Source of the DNA: a virus
Taxonomy: Duplodnaviria; Heunggongvirae; Uroviricota; Caudoviricetes
Direction: 5' to 3' (one strand)
IMG/VR virus record: IMGVR_UViG_3300013121_000012
Location: 85,427 to 149,426 of that record
DNA: 64,000 nucleotides
In this document: positions 43,679 to 56,100 of the stretch, one piece after another
How positions within the stretch are numbered: position 1 is the stretch's first letter
Layout of the letters: every line of letters begins with the position of its first letter
The notes under the pieces: model-generated
Database searches by the model: none
What the model saw: only the letters and a program-made list of their open reading frames with translations
What the model was told of the DNA's origin: nothing
Translations under genes and position numbers: made by a program

Positions 43679-45122
43679 TTCATCACCGGAATGGAAAACG
43701 ATCGAGTTATCAAAACTGCTCGAAGAAACAGAAGCGTTCAGAGAATTCAAAGGCGCTTTAGAAAGCGTAAAGAGCAAACTTGATTCTGCGGTAGACTTTC
43801 TAGATGCACTCGAAACACTATTGAATATTCTATCAGCATTCGAGAATATCCTTGATGACTTCTTCAATGGTTTCCTTGGAGCATTCTTAGAAGAAGTAAA
43901 GAAGATAATTCAGGAAGCCAAGAGCACTGGCATCTATGCACTCGATCTTACTACTCACAATTTCATTGGAAACAAGTTCATTCGTATGGATGAGAATGCA
44001 AATCCAGATGACCCAATTATTGCAGACTATATTCGCAACGAACTGACATTCCCATATTGGGTTGAAAAATTCGGAGAGAAAAACCCTAAGCAGTTCAATT
44101 CTGCAAAAAGCTGGTGGACTCGCTGGATGGGTGTCTACAAGCGTCAGACATATCGCGAGTGGATTAATGTTGCGGTTGATGCATTCTTAGATGAGAATGA
44201 CAAAGCTGATCCAACGTTATCATCTCTTTATCTTAGTAAATTGCGTAATGGGGCAACTAGTTCTAAGAACGCAAATCAAGAAAGTAGCGATGCATTTATG
44301 ATTCCTCCAAATGCTCTTAAGTATGTTCGTCCTGGACGTCCTAACTTTGGGCCAAGAGGTTACATCAGATGCTACATCGTTGCTATCACGGCTCCGGACT
44401 TCTTAGGTTTCTTGCAACTACTTGGATTATTCTCTTACTTTTTAGGTTCATCGCTAGGACGACAAAAAGACTATATCAATAATCTTGTAGAGTCAATGAA
44501 AGCGAATGCCGGTGAAACGGCTGAATTGTTCAAAGACTACAGAAACATTCTGTCATTCTTACAAAGCAATGTTGGTCCTGTAGAAAGCAGAGGAACTCCT
44601 CCTGACTTTATCGGTGTTTCCGCATATCAGTTGCTTCCGGAATTGTTCGATGGTCTCGAAAGAATTATCGATGCTTTACGCGCATTATTCGAAAAGACAT
44701 CCAGTGGTCTTGCTAAATACATCAAAGATGTTATTGAATTTTTGAGAAAAGAAATTCAAGAAATACGTATGTTCATTCAGCTAATTCAAGAAATCATTGA
44801 TTTTATTGATAAGTTGCTTGAATTCAACGGAGCTCTTCTAGAAGTTGAGGCTTATGGAAATGACGAGCTCGTAGAAAGAATAGTTAATGCTACAAATTTC
44901 CCGGTTCCACCAGACGATAAGATCTATATTGGCGGTGGTTTGTTTTGTTTCGGTTATCCAACTGACAAAGATAATCCTGGATCATTCGATCTCGGTAAGT
45001 ACTGGAAAGATGGATATAATAGATTCAAAGATAAGGTCGTTAGCTATGGCAATAGTATCGAAGGAGCAAGTCAAGATAGCGATTTCGACTACATTAAGTC
45101 ACTCCTTGGTAAAATTACTTAA
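43668..45122 (+). CDS. Putative virion protein (coiled-coil termini)
   Basis: 484-aa ORF inside the baseplate module. Confidence 0.65.
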   Translation: MADSSSPEWKTIELSKLLEETEAFREFKGALESVKSKLDSAVDFLDALETLLNILSAFENILDDFFNGFLGAFLEEVKKIIQEAKSTGIYALDLTTHNFIGNKFIRMDENANPDDPIIADYIRNELTFPYWVEKFGEKNPKQFNSAKSWWTRWMGVYKRQTYREWINVAVDAFLDENDKADPTLSSLYLSKLRNGATSSKNANQESSDAFMIPPNALKYVRPGRPNFGPRGYIRCYIVAITAPDFLGFLQLLGLFSYFLGSSLGRQKDYINNLVESMKANAGETAELFKDYRNILSFLQSNVGPVESRGTPPDFIGVSAYQLLPELFDGLERIIDALRALFEKTSSGLAKYIKDVIEFLRKEIQEIRMFIQLIQEIIDFIDKLLEFNGALLEVEAYGNDELVERIVNATNFPVPPDDKIYIGGGLFCFGYPTDKDNPGSFDLGKYWKDGYNRFKDKVVSYGNSIEGASQDSDFDYIKSLLGKIT

Positions 45123-45159
45123 CATCTTTTGAGCTCTTTATAGAGAAAATAATTCTATA

Positions 45160-45528
45160 ATGAAGGGTTTGAATACTCTCAATGGCAACCTTAAGATTTC
45201 TTCTGATGAAGAATTGGTTGGTGCGCGACTTGAGAGACTGCTATTTACTAAACCTAACTCTATACCAGGAGAGCTTGGTGTGGGTTGTTACTTTATTGAC
45301 ATGCTTTGGGAACCGATGGACCAAATCACATTTGTCAATATGCTTGATGAGGTTCAGAAAGTTGTGGACTTATATGAACCGAATCTTGAAATCGTTACGA
45401 TTCGTATTAACATATCGTCTTTCGATGCCAATAGAGAGCTTCTTACTTTAGAACTAGATTGGAACTTCATTGGTACAAAAGAAACAAAAACTACCACGAT
45501 ACACAAATTCAGGGATAAATCAAGCTAA
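45160..45528 (+). CDS. gp25-like baseplate wedge protein
   Basis: LLFTKP...PG..G.GC..LWEP..V..YEP.L. Confidence 0.8.
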   Translation: MKGLNTLNGNLKISSDEELVGARLERLLFTKPNSIPGELGVGCYFIDMLWEPMDQITFVNMLDEVQKVVDLYEPNLEIVTIRINISSFDANRELLTLELDWNFIGTKETKTTTIHKFRDKSS

Positions 45529-45537
45529 AATAAATAT

Positions 45538-48500
45538 ATGTCTGCTACACTAAAACACCTAAGTGCAATACGAGCTCCAAACCTTGTAGACTTTGACCGT
45601 ATCGGCATGATGAATGAAATCATCGGCCGTATTAAAAGTGATCCCGAATGGAACTCAAACTGGGACGGAGAACTATGGCAGAATTCTTCGTTCATGATTA
45701 TGAACTTCTTCACGTTCTTATACGAGAAGGGATTTAACTACTTCAATAAAGCTGTTAAAGAAAACTTCCTTATGGAAGGTATCGATGAAAACAGCATACT
45801 TAACGTCATATTTCAGAGAGGCATTTCTCTTATTCAGAACCGCCATTCAAAAGTACAGTTGACTGGCGTTATACAGAATGATGACTTCTTAACTGAAGAT
45901 CTCGTATTCCCTCTTCAACAGGTGTTATATGGCACAGACTTGAATGGACAACCTATTCCATTTGAAATCATAAAGATGGCTCTCGATGGAAAGCCAAATT
46001 ACTTAGAACCTGTTACTGTAGAAATTGGAAATTCTAACAGACAAGTATTCAACGTCGATGCTTACTCTGGGTTAACTCAGGAAGTTACATACGATTTGAC
46101 TGGAGCTTCATCGGACGGATTCTTCATTGATATCGACATCTCGAACATTATTGAAGATAGCATCCGAGTCTACTATGAATTCGGAACAGTAAAGCAAATC
46201 GAATTACCAGAAGTGTTCTCTTTCGTCAAAAAGAAAATAGAACTCATTGGTCCTCAAGTTGGAATCTACGAAAAGGATTTTCCTCATGGCATTCCTTCTT
46301 GGATCGCTAAACATAATGGCGACGGAAGCGTAAGAATATTCTGGGGAACAAAAGAATTCGGCGGAACATTTGGTGATCCAGCTGGAAAGAAACTCACAAT
46401 TAAACTAAGAACAGGCGGCGGAGAACTTTCTAATATCGTTCGTCGTGGTATTGATACTAATATCGAAGTTGATATTGGAAACAACATCACTAAGACTGTT
46501 TCATTTGTAAACGAAGTAGATGCTGGCGGTGGTGCCGACAGAGAAGATATTCTCACTATTCGTGAATTCGCTGCTCTAAGAACTGGCAGAGAAAAAGCTA
46601 TCGTTCAAGATCAGGATGTCGTCAATAACATATATCATCTCGCGAACAAAGTAAAGAGTGATTCTCCTTTCTATAACGAAGTAGGATCGAGAACTCAATT
46701 ACTCCACACTCACAACTTTATAGTCCCTAGAAGAGACTTAACTAACTTTGAATTTCCTGTCGTAACTCCAGATGATACAATCGAAAGCTACAGACAGAAA
46801 TTCCTGATATTCCTTAATGACTATCTCAATCTCACTGGAATTAAAGACAAAGATGTCAAAGACGAATTCATTTCTACGTTTGCAAAAAACGGCGGATTGT
46901 ATGATTTCTCTTATGGTTTGAAATACAAGAGACCTCTTAACACGACTCTTGTTCTCAATGCTTATGACTTCAAAGGAGCATTGATTGATCAACTTGAGTT
47001 CGATACAAATTATGGAAGCGCTGAAACTGGGTCATTTGTTCCATTCACTTCAATAACACCTACTACAAAATATGGAAGTGCGAAAGTAATTTCTCGTTCT
47101 ATCAATACATCTAATCCTCTAGTAGTTGAATCATCATACAACTCATTTCAAATGAGTTTTGATAAAATTGGATTCTTCAATGTAACATTTACGGCGAATG
47201 GTATTTACACGAACGCTGAAGGGTTAGCAACAGAACTTAATCTTCAGATCAGAGGATTATTATCTTCTATGCCAGCATATCAGACGTATTTTACTCTTTA
47301 TGCTAATCATGTTTGGGTGTATGCTGACGGCGGCAGAATTATTTTCCAATCTCCTACGATCGGTTATCCTTCTGTCATATTCATTAAAGCAAATAGCACA
47401 AATGATCTAGACATTCTTAAACTGCTCGACATTACTCCTAACTTATACAGAGCAAATCCATCCGGAAAGATATTTGATTATGCCACAAAATACAATCACC
47501 AACTTTCAGAAGTTGATTTAGTATTCAAAAAAGATTCTCTCAATAAGGTCGTTGATTACGACGCTTCTTCTTTTGCTATTCAGAATCCATCTTTAGCTGA
47601 AGGTAATTCTTTTGAAATACTGATTAAAGATGAAAACGAATCCGACAGAGAAGTTCTTCAGACTGGAGAACAGCTAATCGTGGAAGCTCTTGATGTAAAT
47701 GATGTCGTTCTCGACAGAGCCACATACACATATGGAACAACTGATACAAACACTCCATCATTCGACAACTCGTTCTTGAATACTACTCGCGTATTTGATG
47801 TTGCTGGTGTAAAAAACTTCAGTTATCCTTTGAGTAAGCTCAATATGAAATTCAGAGATTCTGTTAGCGTACCAAATAGCGGTGTTGCAGTTCCTCCATA
47901 TTTAGCCGGATTTCCTGTTGTAGGAAAACTTATCGCTAAGTATGTTATTCCTGTCCAAAACACAGACGTTATATATGACAACGGTATTCCTCTGGGGAAC
48001 ACTAACTTTACACTATCTAAGATGGCGATTGCAAGTCCTGCAACTCAGTTGTCTTTGAAATTCTACAACGAATCTCCTAACGCGTTGATTTGTACTGTCG
48101 ATATTCCTATATCGAATCCACTTCCTCACACCACTCCATGGTTTTTTATCACTGGAACTGATAATGTTACTGTTATAGGTAAAGTCAGATATTCTAGATC
48201 GATTAATACAAATCTTATCGTCATCGAATGGAACGAAGAGTATACTCTCAATCTTGGAAGCGAAGGAATTGAAAAGGTCGAATGTGTTTACTTGTCTGCA
48301 GAGAATGCAACGAAAGAAATTTCTGATACTTCTCTATGGTCGCAGCAAACTCTTTCTCCTATAGGTCCTGTTGTATCTATTCAGTTGCTCGATGATTCTA
48401 ATAATCCGGAAGAATTACTTGAAGGGACAGAACTAAAACTAGAAGCTTACGATTCTCTAGGAACTACAAAGATTAGTGAAATAGTTTTCAATCCGATAAC

Positions 48501-49221
48501 AAATGCGACTACAAATGGGATTCCTGATTCTAGCTTAGTATTTAAGCCTACAACCCATTCATATGTATATAATACTGCAATTTTGACAGCGACATTCAAA
48601 GATAGTAATGATGTAGCAAACACTCCTGTCCCACCATATTTGATTCACCCTAACGTTGCTAATGTCGATAAGATCCGTCTGACATATAAACGTCAAGCTT
48701 ATTCTGTATTAACATGCAACTACAAACAAAACATTTACTTACCAGAAGGTGAAGCCGGAGCAATCGCTGACATTCTTATGGCTAAGAATAAAAGAATGCA
48801 GACAGTGCATCACTTAATCAGAAGTGTCGAGTTTATCCCGATTAAGATTGCTGCTAATTTGAAGATCTCTAAGAACATTTCTCCTCGAATCGTAGAAGAT
48901 CAATCAAAGAAAATTATTGACGATGTTATGGGGTTCGCTAACACAAACGACTTCTCGCAAATTGGAGAAGGAGCAGACATAGGATATATATCATCTCTTC
49001 TAAACAGAACAGAAAAAGATTACAATCCAGGAATTCTAAATGCTCAGATCACATCGCCCGAAGTTACAAAAATTGAAGACTCTTCATTCTTAAAGAATCA
49101 ATATTACTTCGTATTTGATGAGAACTTCATTAACCAAATGAAAAGCTTAGAGCAAGGTAACCCAAATATTGCTGGATTCCACAAGGTATTTCAGACAGAA
49201 TTTAAGATCGAGCGTGTATAA
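45538..49221 (+). CDS. gp6-like (baseplate J) wedge protein with insertions
   Basis: RIFWG..FG, LRTGGG..NI, AGGGADREDI..IRE.A. Confidence 0.85.
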   Translation: MSATLKHLSAIRAPNLVDFDRIGMMNEIIGRIKSDPEWNSNWDGELWQNSSFMIMNFFTFLYEKGFNYFNKAVKENFLMEGIDENSILNVIFQRGISLIQNRHSKVQLTGVIQNDDFLTEDLVFPLQQVLYGTDLNGQPIPFEIIKMALDGKPNYLEPVTVEIGNSNRQVFNVDAYSGLTQEVTYDLTGASSDGFFIDIDISNIIEDSIRVYYEFGTVKQIELPEVFSFVKKKIELIGPQVGIYEKDFPHGIPSWIAKHNGDGSVRIFWGTKEFGGTFGDPAGKKLTIKLRTGGGELSNIVRRGIDTNIEVDIGNNITKTVSFVNEVDAGGGADREDILTIREFAALRTGREKAIVQDQDVVNNIYHLANKVKSDSPFYNEVGSRTQLLHTHNFIVPRRDLTNFEFPVVTPDDTIESYRQKFLIFLNDYLNLTGIKDKDVKDEFISTFAKNGGLYDFSYGLKYKRPLNTTLVLNAYDFKGALIDQLEFDTNYGSAETGSFVPFTSITPTTKYGSAKVISRSINTSNPLVVESSYNSFQMSFDKIGFFNVTFTANGIYTNAEGLATELNLQIRGLLSSMPAYQTYFTLYANHVWVYADGGRIIFQSPTIGYPSVIFIKANSTNDLDILKLLDITPNLYRANPSGKIFDYATKYNHQLSEVDLVFKKDSLNKVVDYDASSFAIQNPSLAEGNSFEILIKDENESDREVLQTGEQLIVEALDVNDVVLDRATYTYGTTDTNTPSFDNSFLNTTRVFDVAGVKNFSYPLSKLNMKFRDSVSVPNSGVAVPPYLAGFPVVGKLIAKYVIPVQNTDVIYDNGIPLGNTNFTLSKMAIASPATQLSLKFYNESPNALICTVDIPISNPLPHTTPWFFITGTDNVTVIGKVRYSRSINTNLIVIEWNEEYTLNLGSEGIEKVECVYLSAENATKEISDTSLWSQQTLSPIGPVVSIQLLDDSNNPEELLEGTELKLEAYDSLGTTKISEIVFNPITNATTNGIPDSSLVFKPTTHSYVYNTAILTATFKDSNDVANTPVPPYLIHPNVANVDKIRLTYKRQAYSVLTCNYKQNIYLPEGEAGAIADILMAKNKRMQTVHHLIRSVEFIPIKIAANLKISKNISPRIVEDQSKKIIDDVMGFANTNDFSQIGEGADIGYISSLLNRTEKDYNPGILNAQITSPEVTKIEDSSFLKNQYYFVFDENFINQMKSLEQGNPNIAGFHKVFQTEFKIERV

Positions 49222-51695
49222 TGGCCGCAGAACTATTTCCAAAAATAGCTATCGTACACGAAAAAGAACTAAGATACTATCCAGTAGGGTCTAGTTCAAA
49301 ACTCAGAGTTGTCTTATACAAAGACAAAAATTCTGCTCCTATCCCAGTTGATGGGTATGAAGCTTTCTCTTTAGACCCGTTTTATGTTTCATCTCAATTA
49401 GACTCCGATGAAGTTTATGACAATATCGATGATATTGTTATTGACAACATAGATCGCGTTGTTGTCAATGAACCTAAAGCTATTCGCTTACATTTCAAAA
49501 ATCCTGGAACTGGTATCGTAAAAGCTACATACTTATACACAGACGAAAATGGAAACAAATTCAAATTATCCGATGAAGTAGAATTCTTGGTATATGAAAA
49601 ATTCTTTACTGAGAACTACCAATATTTGTGGACAGATTTTGAAATAGAAAATCTTAAGAAGAATCCTAAACTCAAAGTCATGATGGAAACTCTTCTCGAG
49701 TATCTCGATATCATCTTTACATATCGTTTCGATATGCAATACATTACTGATGCTCGTTACACAAAATACAAGTATCTTGCTACTCTCGGAAGAGATCTTG
49801 GATTTGAGAGAATAGATTTTGAAGACTTCGACAGTGTAGGAGAATACATCAGTAGCACATTGTACAGAGAAATTCTTACAAACATTTATGACATACTTTC
49901 TATTCGTGGAACTCCGCTATCATACGAATTGTTATTCAATGCTTTAGGATATGACATCACAATTAAAGAATTCTGGTGGGATGATAAACAAAACCTTATC
50001 GAAGTCAATCCATACAATGACGAATTATCTACGTTCTTCGCTTATGACACTAATGGAATTCCTTTAGATATTCCGCAAGTACCTAGAAAAGATCCTCGTG
50101 GTAAAGCGGGGCCAAATAATCTCTACAATCAGAATTCAAAATCGAATTACATTAAAGTTGAAATAGAACCAAAAATAGATTCTCCTTATGTTCCAACTCT
50201 TGCATCATTCTCAAAAGAAAAGAAGATGGCTCTTAGAAAATACCTCGAATTCCTGAGACCAGAGCATGTTCAGCATCTTCAGCAAGTTGTTAAAGGCGCG
50301 ATCTCAGAAACTCCGGAGATTGCCGAATTTATTGCACTTATTGATGAAGTGATTCATGTTCAGAAAAACAAAGTAATCTTTGGGCCTGAAGATACATCGC
50401 CGCCAATCATAAACGATGTAATTATCCTTTCTCCTACTTCGTTAGTTATCGTTTGCAGTGAAGACGTTTCAAAAACTTCTGTAGAGGATTTTGACAATGT
50501 TATTATATCAAAAGATAATGATGGTCCAGGACCAGGTCCTTACGTAAATCAAAATCTGGTTTCAATTACAAGAGATGACGTCAATAAGAATCTGATTTTT
50601 GTTCAGCTTCCTTCTGTTATTGAAAACCTACCAAAAACGTATCTCGCAATTATTCAGAATGTTAAAGACTTACATGGTGTCGAGCAGACATATAACTCAT
50701 TCGCATTTAACATCAATGCTTACAACCCGCCGGTAGATCCAGGTGGAATATTTGATTTGCTTGAAACAAAAGTCATTGATGCAAAAACTGTTAGATTGAC
50801 TTTCTCTAAAGCACTCGATGTTCAGACAATCTTAGATAGTAATAACTTCCAGTTTTCTCCTGACATTGATTTCAACGGAGCAACTGTTGATCTAAATGAT
50901 CAATCTATAGTTTACCTGCACATTAGTAATGCATTGCATCTTCAAGAATATACGGTCACTATGAGCAATTTACTTTCGCTCTATGCTGAACCATTCAATG
51001 GTGTTACTACGTTTATAGGACTTGGTGAAAACATCAATCCTGACACCGGATTGCCACTCCCTCCTACATCTAATATTGGATCGGTTATTGGATCCGATGA
51101 ACTATTTAGCAGCACAGACAAATTTATTCTGTCTGTCAATCGTCGACTTGAAGATTTTATTGGCTATCCAAGAAGATTTGATGGTAATTGGAGATTTGAC
51201 ACAGCTTCTCGTATTGAATCTAGAGAAATTAATTTGGCAAATCCGGTAACGATATTTTCTGCTAATAACAACAATAAATTCTCGATCTCGTTTGATGGTC
51301 TTCCATTCATAGAGATAACAATTCCTATTCTTTTGCCAGCTACGAATACAACATACAACTCAGCTGCAACATTCTCAGCATATTTGAATACACTTATCAA
51401 GAACGCGATGTCGATCACTCCTTCTTATACTGCTTATTATACTGACAATCTTCAGCATAGTTGGGTATTTGCAGATGGTGATAAAATGATTTTCCAAAGT
51501 GCGAACAGTGATATCGAAAACAGAGTAGATTTCATCTTATCGAATCTAGACAACATCAATATTCTTAAACAAATTGGGATAACTGAATTAAACGCTCCTG
51601 GTTTAGATGTCAAACCTAACAGATATGATGAATACATATTCGTCAATGAAGGTTTGTCAATCGATAGACAGCTTTCTATTCCACCTGGCTTCTAA
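49221..51695 (+). CDS. gp7-like wedge protein with Ig-like domains
   Basis: KYLATLGRDLGF, IYDILSIRGT..SYE.LF..LG; two Ig-like repeats (..V.FS..LD). Confidence 0.7.
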   Translation: MAAELFPKIAIVHEKELRYYPVGSSSKLRVVLYKDKNSAPIPVDGYEAFSLDPFYVSSQLDSDEVYDNIDDIVIDNIDRVVVNEPKAIRLHFKNPGTGIVKATYLYTDENGNKFKLSDEVEFLVYEKFFTENYQYLWTDFEIENLKKNPKLKVMMETLLEYLDIIFTYRFDMQYITDARYTKYKYLATLGRDLGFERIDFEDFDSVGEYISSTLYREILTNIYDILSIRGTPLSYELLFNALGYDITIKEFWWDDKQNLIEVNPYNDELSTFFAYDTNGIPLDIPQVPRKDPRGKAGPNNLYNQNSKSNYIKVEIEPKIDSPYVPTLASFSKEKKMALRKYLEFLRPEHVQHLQQVVKGAISETPEIAEFIALIDEVIHVQKNKVIFGPEDTSPPIINDVIILSPTSLVIVCSEDVSKTSVEDFDNVIISKDNDGPGPGPYVNQNLVSITRDDVNKNLIFVQLPSVIENLPKTYLAIIQNVKDLHGVEQTYNSFAFNINAYNPPVDPGGIFDLLETKVIDAKTVRLTFSKALDVQTILDSNNFQFSPDIDFNGATVDLNDQSIVYLHISNALHLQEYTVTMSNLLSLYAEPFNGVTTFIGLGENINPDTGLPLPPTSNIGSVIGSDELFSSTDKFILSVNRRLEDFIGYPRRFDGNWRFDTASRIESREINLANPVTIFSANNNNKFSISFDGLPFIEITIPILLPATNTTYNSAATFSAYLNTLIKNAMSITPSYTAYYTDNLQHSWVFADGDKMIFQSANSDIENRVDFILSNLDNINILKQIGITELNAPGLDVKPNRYDEYIFVNEGLSIDRQLSIPPGF

Positions 51696-51740
51696 AAAAA
51701 ACAAAAAACCGCTGGTATTCTCCCTATAATATAAAATAGG

Positions 51741-53132
51741 ATGAGTAAGTTCAACGTTTTCAGAGACATCTTTACACGTCATCTTCGTAGCAATAAAACG
51801 CCATTATCGAAGCTTGCCGCTGATGTCATACCAGCATTTAGAGGAAGAGTCTTTATCAGACGCGTCGACAGATTCGGTGCTCTAGGAAAGCCAGTAGAAA
51901 TTTCTAACGAACTTACTAACCTTTCAAAAAGTACATTCATCCGACTGCTAGCTCAGAGCGCTTCTCCTTGGAGAGGTAACGTAAATCCAGCCGACTATGC
52001 AATTGACCGTATGAGATTCGGTAATGCACAAAAAGCAAAGTACACGGCGGTCGTTGATCTAGTAACTAGAATGGAAGAATACCAAGCACTTGGTCTTTCT
52101 TCTACACAAAAAGCTCTTCATTATTACGACATCTCAGAAGCATCATCTCGTCCAGGAGCTCCGGTAGATATTATCCCGGTGGAAACTCTTACTGACGCGC
52201 AATTGCTTTCAGCGTACAACAGAGGAAACAAAAATACAGCTCGTATCGGTTCTTCATTTTCATTTCAAATTCTAAGAAGTGCATCAATTCAAGGTATCAA
52301 TAATGCGAATGCTCAGCCAACTCGTATCTATAATCCTGGATATGGTACCACGGGCGACGCAAGACCTTTCTCGCACGGAACTCTTAAAGTTGATTTAATC
52401 AACTCGCTTGGCCAAATTGTAGAAAGAATTGTTTGGGGACAACCTCAATACATTCGCTCTGTAGAAGGAAATCTTCCAACTCATATCTACGTTAAAGTAG
52501 GTAATGAACCTGGTATCACAACTCCTAACAACATCGCATTTCAATCCGGCACTTATCAGGGAGATCCTGCTCAAGCGAACTATGATCCAAACCTATTTGA
52601 TCTTTCAGGAAACTGGAAGAAACGACTCGTAGCTCCGGACTCTACATTCACAAAATTATTCTTTGATTTTGATAAAGACCAAAATGATAACTGGGGAGGT
52701 TGGAAGATTCTCATTGATGAAATTAATCCTAACGCTCCTGGTTACACGGCGATCCATCCGAAATTTGAAGTAGGAAAATACAATATCATAAACTCTGTTG
52801 TTCCTCGCAAAGGAACAAACAAAGATCAGGGCATTTCTACTCTGAACCGATACAATATATCGACTCAAGATTTTTACCAAATCGGTGGAAATAAATCATA
52901 TAAGCTCGATGGTCAAAGCAGTTTCGTAGATGACAGAAGCATTGACTTCAGTATCTTTATGCCTACTGATGATGGTAACGCTGATGGCGTAGTAAAATAC
53001 ACTGAAGCATTCTTGCAATGCAAGAACGACGACGTGTTCTCTATGATTCAGCTTCCAGTCGCTCAGCAATTTTCAAAATCAAATGAAGACAGTTACTTGA
53101 TCACTTGGTCAATTTCTGTACCTTTAAGCTAA
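51741..53132 (+). CDS. Baseplate / fibre-attachment protein
   Basis: N-terminal SNELT..; C-terminal TEAFL..FSK..YLITWSI pattern. Confidence 0.6.
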   Translation: MSKFNVFRDIFTRHLRSNKTPLSKLAADVIPAFRGRVFIRRVDRFGALGKPVEISNELTNLSKSTFIRLLAQSASPWRGNVNPADYAIDRMRFGNAQKAKYTAVVDLVTRMEEYQALGLSSTQKALHYYDISEASSRPGAPVDIIPVETLTDAQLLSAYNRGNKNTARIGSSFSFQILRSASIQGINNANAQPTRIYNPGYGTTGDARPFSHGTLKVDLINSLGQIVERIVWGQPQYIRSVEGNLPTHIYVKVGNEPGITTPNNIAFQSGTYQGDPAQANYDPNLFDLSGNWKKRLVAPDSTFTKLFFDFDKDQNDNWGGWKILIDEINPNAPGYTAIHPKFEVGKYNIINSVVPRKGTNKDQGISTLNRYNISTQDFYQIGGNKSYKLDGQSSFVDDRSIDFSIFMPTDDGNADGVVKYTEAFLQCKNDDVFSMIQLPVAQQFSKSNEDSYLITWSISVPLS

Positions 53133-53133
53133 G

Positions 53134-56100
53134 ATGGCAAACCTAAGAACAAAATACCGTAACCACAACAACCAACTTGTAAATCTTGATTTATCTGTTG
53201 GCGCTGAGAATCCTATTAAGGATGTAAGCGGAGCATTTGGTAACGACGCAACCGAACTCAGAATAATTCCTTACAACGAGTATGCGCGCACACAAGACAT
53301 GCTTAATCTTGTTGCGGATTTGATTGCCAACGACGTTGCTCTTAATGCACAGACGAGTTCCTCAATATTCCTTCTAAGTGAAGGCGTATTTACTAGTGGA
53401 AACAAGTTCGAGAAAACTGAACTCGATGAATATAGATTCATTAGTAAAGGCGGTATTGTAAAAGCTGGCGACGGAGTATACACAGTAACAGAAGAAAAAG
53501 AACTATCTCTTATTAAGAACTTAGCTCATCCTAACTACAATGCTGATGCTATTCACTTAGACGATATCGCACTTAATAACTACTACAGAATGGACTACCT
53601 TCTGTTCAACTTCAATCCTTCGGCTTCGTTAGAATATGTTGAAGGAGTCGAGACATCATATATACCACCAGTAGCGACACAGCTCGATAGAAATAAAAGT
53701 AATATCAATGGATCTTCTGCTTACGTTCTATACTCTATTCTTCTTCATAAGAAGAACTTCTATGTCGACATAGTGAAGACTGATTCATTAACAACATTCA
53801 AAAACGTCTTTGAAGAAGACACAATTCAAGATGTATTCTTATATAACAACGAAATTTATGTTGCGCGCATTGATGTAAATTCAAAACTAAAACTATACAA
53901 ATACAATACATCCGGAATATCCATAGGTAATGGATCTATGCCTCTTGCCGATACACATGAATTTGCAAATGCAAAAATGATTGTTGACGCAGACGGAGTT
54001 TGGATCCAAGCACAATGGTTAAATTCAACTTCTGGTTTTGGTAGAGTCATCATCAAATTCACGTTAGCTCTCGCATACGATGGGCACAAAGATGAAGATG
54101 ATGCAGACGTTGCATTAGGAATTCCTACTGCTACTGGTTTCTTGTTAAGCCAATCAGCAAGAGCAAAAACAATTGTCAGTAATACTACTCATTTGTTTGT
54201 TGCTACTAAAGCGATCGACGCAGGACTAAAAGATAGAATTGGTGTTGAAAAGATTGCGAAAAGTAACTGGACTGCTGGATCTTATACGAATGCAACTCCT
54301 CCAGTATATGTTCTTATTAATGACTTTGCTACTGATTTGGTCGATAACTTCGCATTCTTCGAAGGAGATACAACCGCAGGTCAAAAATATGGATACTTGA
54401 TTACATCTGAAGACATAAGTAATGTTGTTTTTTTCAGAAAGATAAAACTATCAGATCTATCATTTACTTCTGGCCCTAATAAGACTATCGCAATTGCCGA
54501 TCCAATTAGTTTCAAAAACTTCGTTGGAACATATTACGAAAGTGGAACTACAAAAGAATTACGTTATGCATTCGTATACAAAACAATTGGTTTTGCTAAA
54601 CGAAGAATCGCGATAGGCAAAATCGGAATTGATTTTCCTGCTCCTGTTACTAATCCTGATGTTGTCACGGTAGATACGGTAGATTTTACTGGAAGCGAAA
54701 TGCTTCAACCGTCAATTGTAGCAAACTCAGGGGCATCGATTGTTTCTTCGTTGACGGAGAATACTCTTAATACAAATAATATTTCACAGGATCTTTCTAA
54801 TACTCCAGATCCAGTTTCAACACATGTTGCTGCATTGGTCGGAACCGTTAAGGGCGTTTCATTTCAATACGATCAAGAAACGAATAATGGATATTTTACA
54901 TATGCAAGAGAAGATGCTCCTACAAATGAAATAGTTGTCAAGAGAATCAACAATGGAACAAACCTTGTAGATACAACAAAACTCGTAACTCTTGCTGGAA
55001 CTGTGCAGTTCTCTTATCCAAAAGTTTCTGTCAATTCTTCAAACGTCTATGTTGCATTTTCAGTCATTGATTATCAAATTACTTCAATAAGTATTGGGAC
55101 TGGAGTAATCTCTGCTACATCAAATCCGGGGTCTTCATCGGTCGTTATCTTAAAACTAGACAAAAATTTGAATATTGTCGAGTATAAAGTTCTTTACTAT
55201 GCTACTAAAGCATTCGACAATATTGCTTTCAAAGTTGATGAAAGATTTATAGTTGTTGCAGCGAGTAATTCTCTTATACCGGAAATTCTGTCAACTAAAC
55301 TTCGTTTGGATTTGGCATTTGCTCCACTTTCTACATTTACAATAACACCAGGCGCTATCATTACTGATACGATGCAAATCGAATTTAACCGAGATTTTAT
55401 CTATCTTGGTTATCTTGAAGGTACTACATCCAAGTTAGTAAGATTCAATATAATTTTAGCAAGTATTCTTTCAAATATTAGCTTGAGCGATCCTACTAGC
55501 TTCTTGGAAAGTATCGCGAGTTACGGAAATGAAATATTCGTGGCCGCAATGGACACATCGAATAATTCAATGTTATTCCGTTTTCCTCAGACTCTTTCAA
55601 CTGAGTCTCAGAAAGCGGTTGTTCAAACAACGATGGAACGCACTTCGATGTTCATAAAAAATAGATTCATTTATATTCAGTCTATTAATGCTACAGCGCC
55701 TAATCAAGTTTTCAATAAGTACGATTTGTCATTTAATAAACAACAAGAAATTATTACAGTTCCTGTTGTCGATGCATCGTTCTCGACAGCAGACTTCAAT
55801 TTCAGAGGAAACTCGACAAGAGTTCAGGTTGTTGGTCGAAGTTTAGCAAATGTAGTTGGATTCGCAGATTCATTCAACGTACTTAATAAATCAAAAGTGA
55901 CTTATCTTTTCAAACCAGAAACAACTGGTGGAGTCTTCTTTACAAAAGAAATTGCTCCTTATGGAAAGACATATGAACAAAAATTTCCATTCATTGTTTC
56001 TGATGCTGATAATCTATATGTTGTCGTCAGAGATTATAACTATTCTGAGGGAAATAAAAGCGAACTAATTTATAAATACTCGTTTGAAAAACGAGGATAT

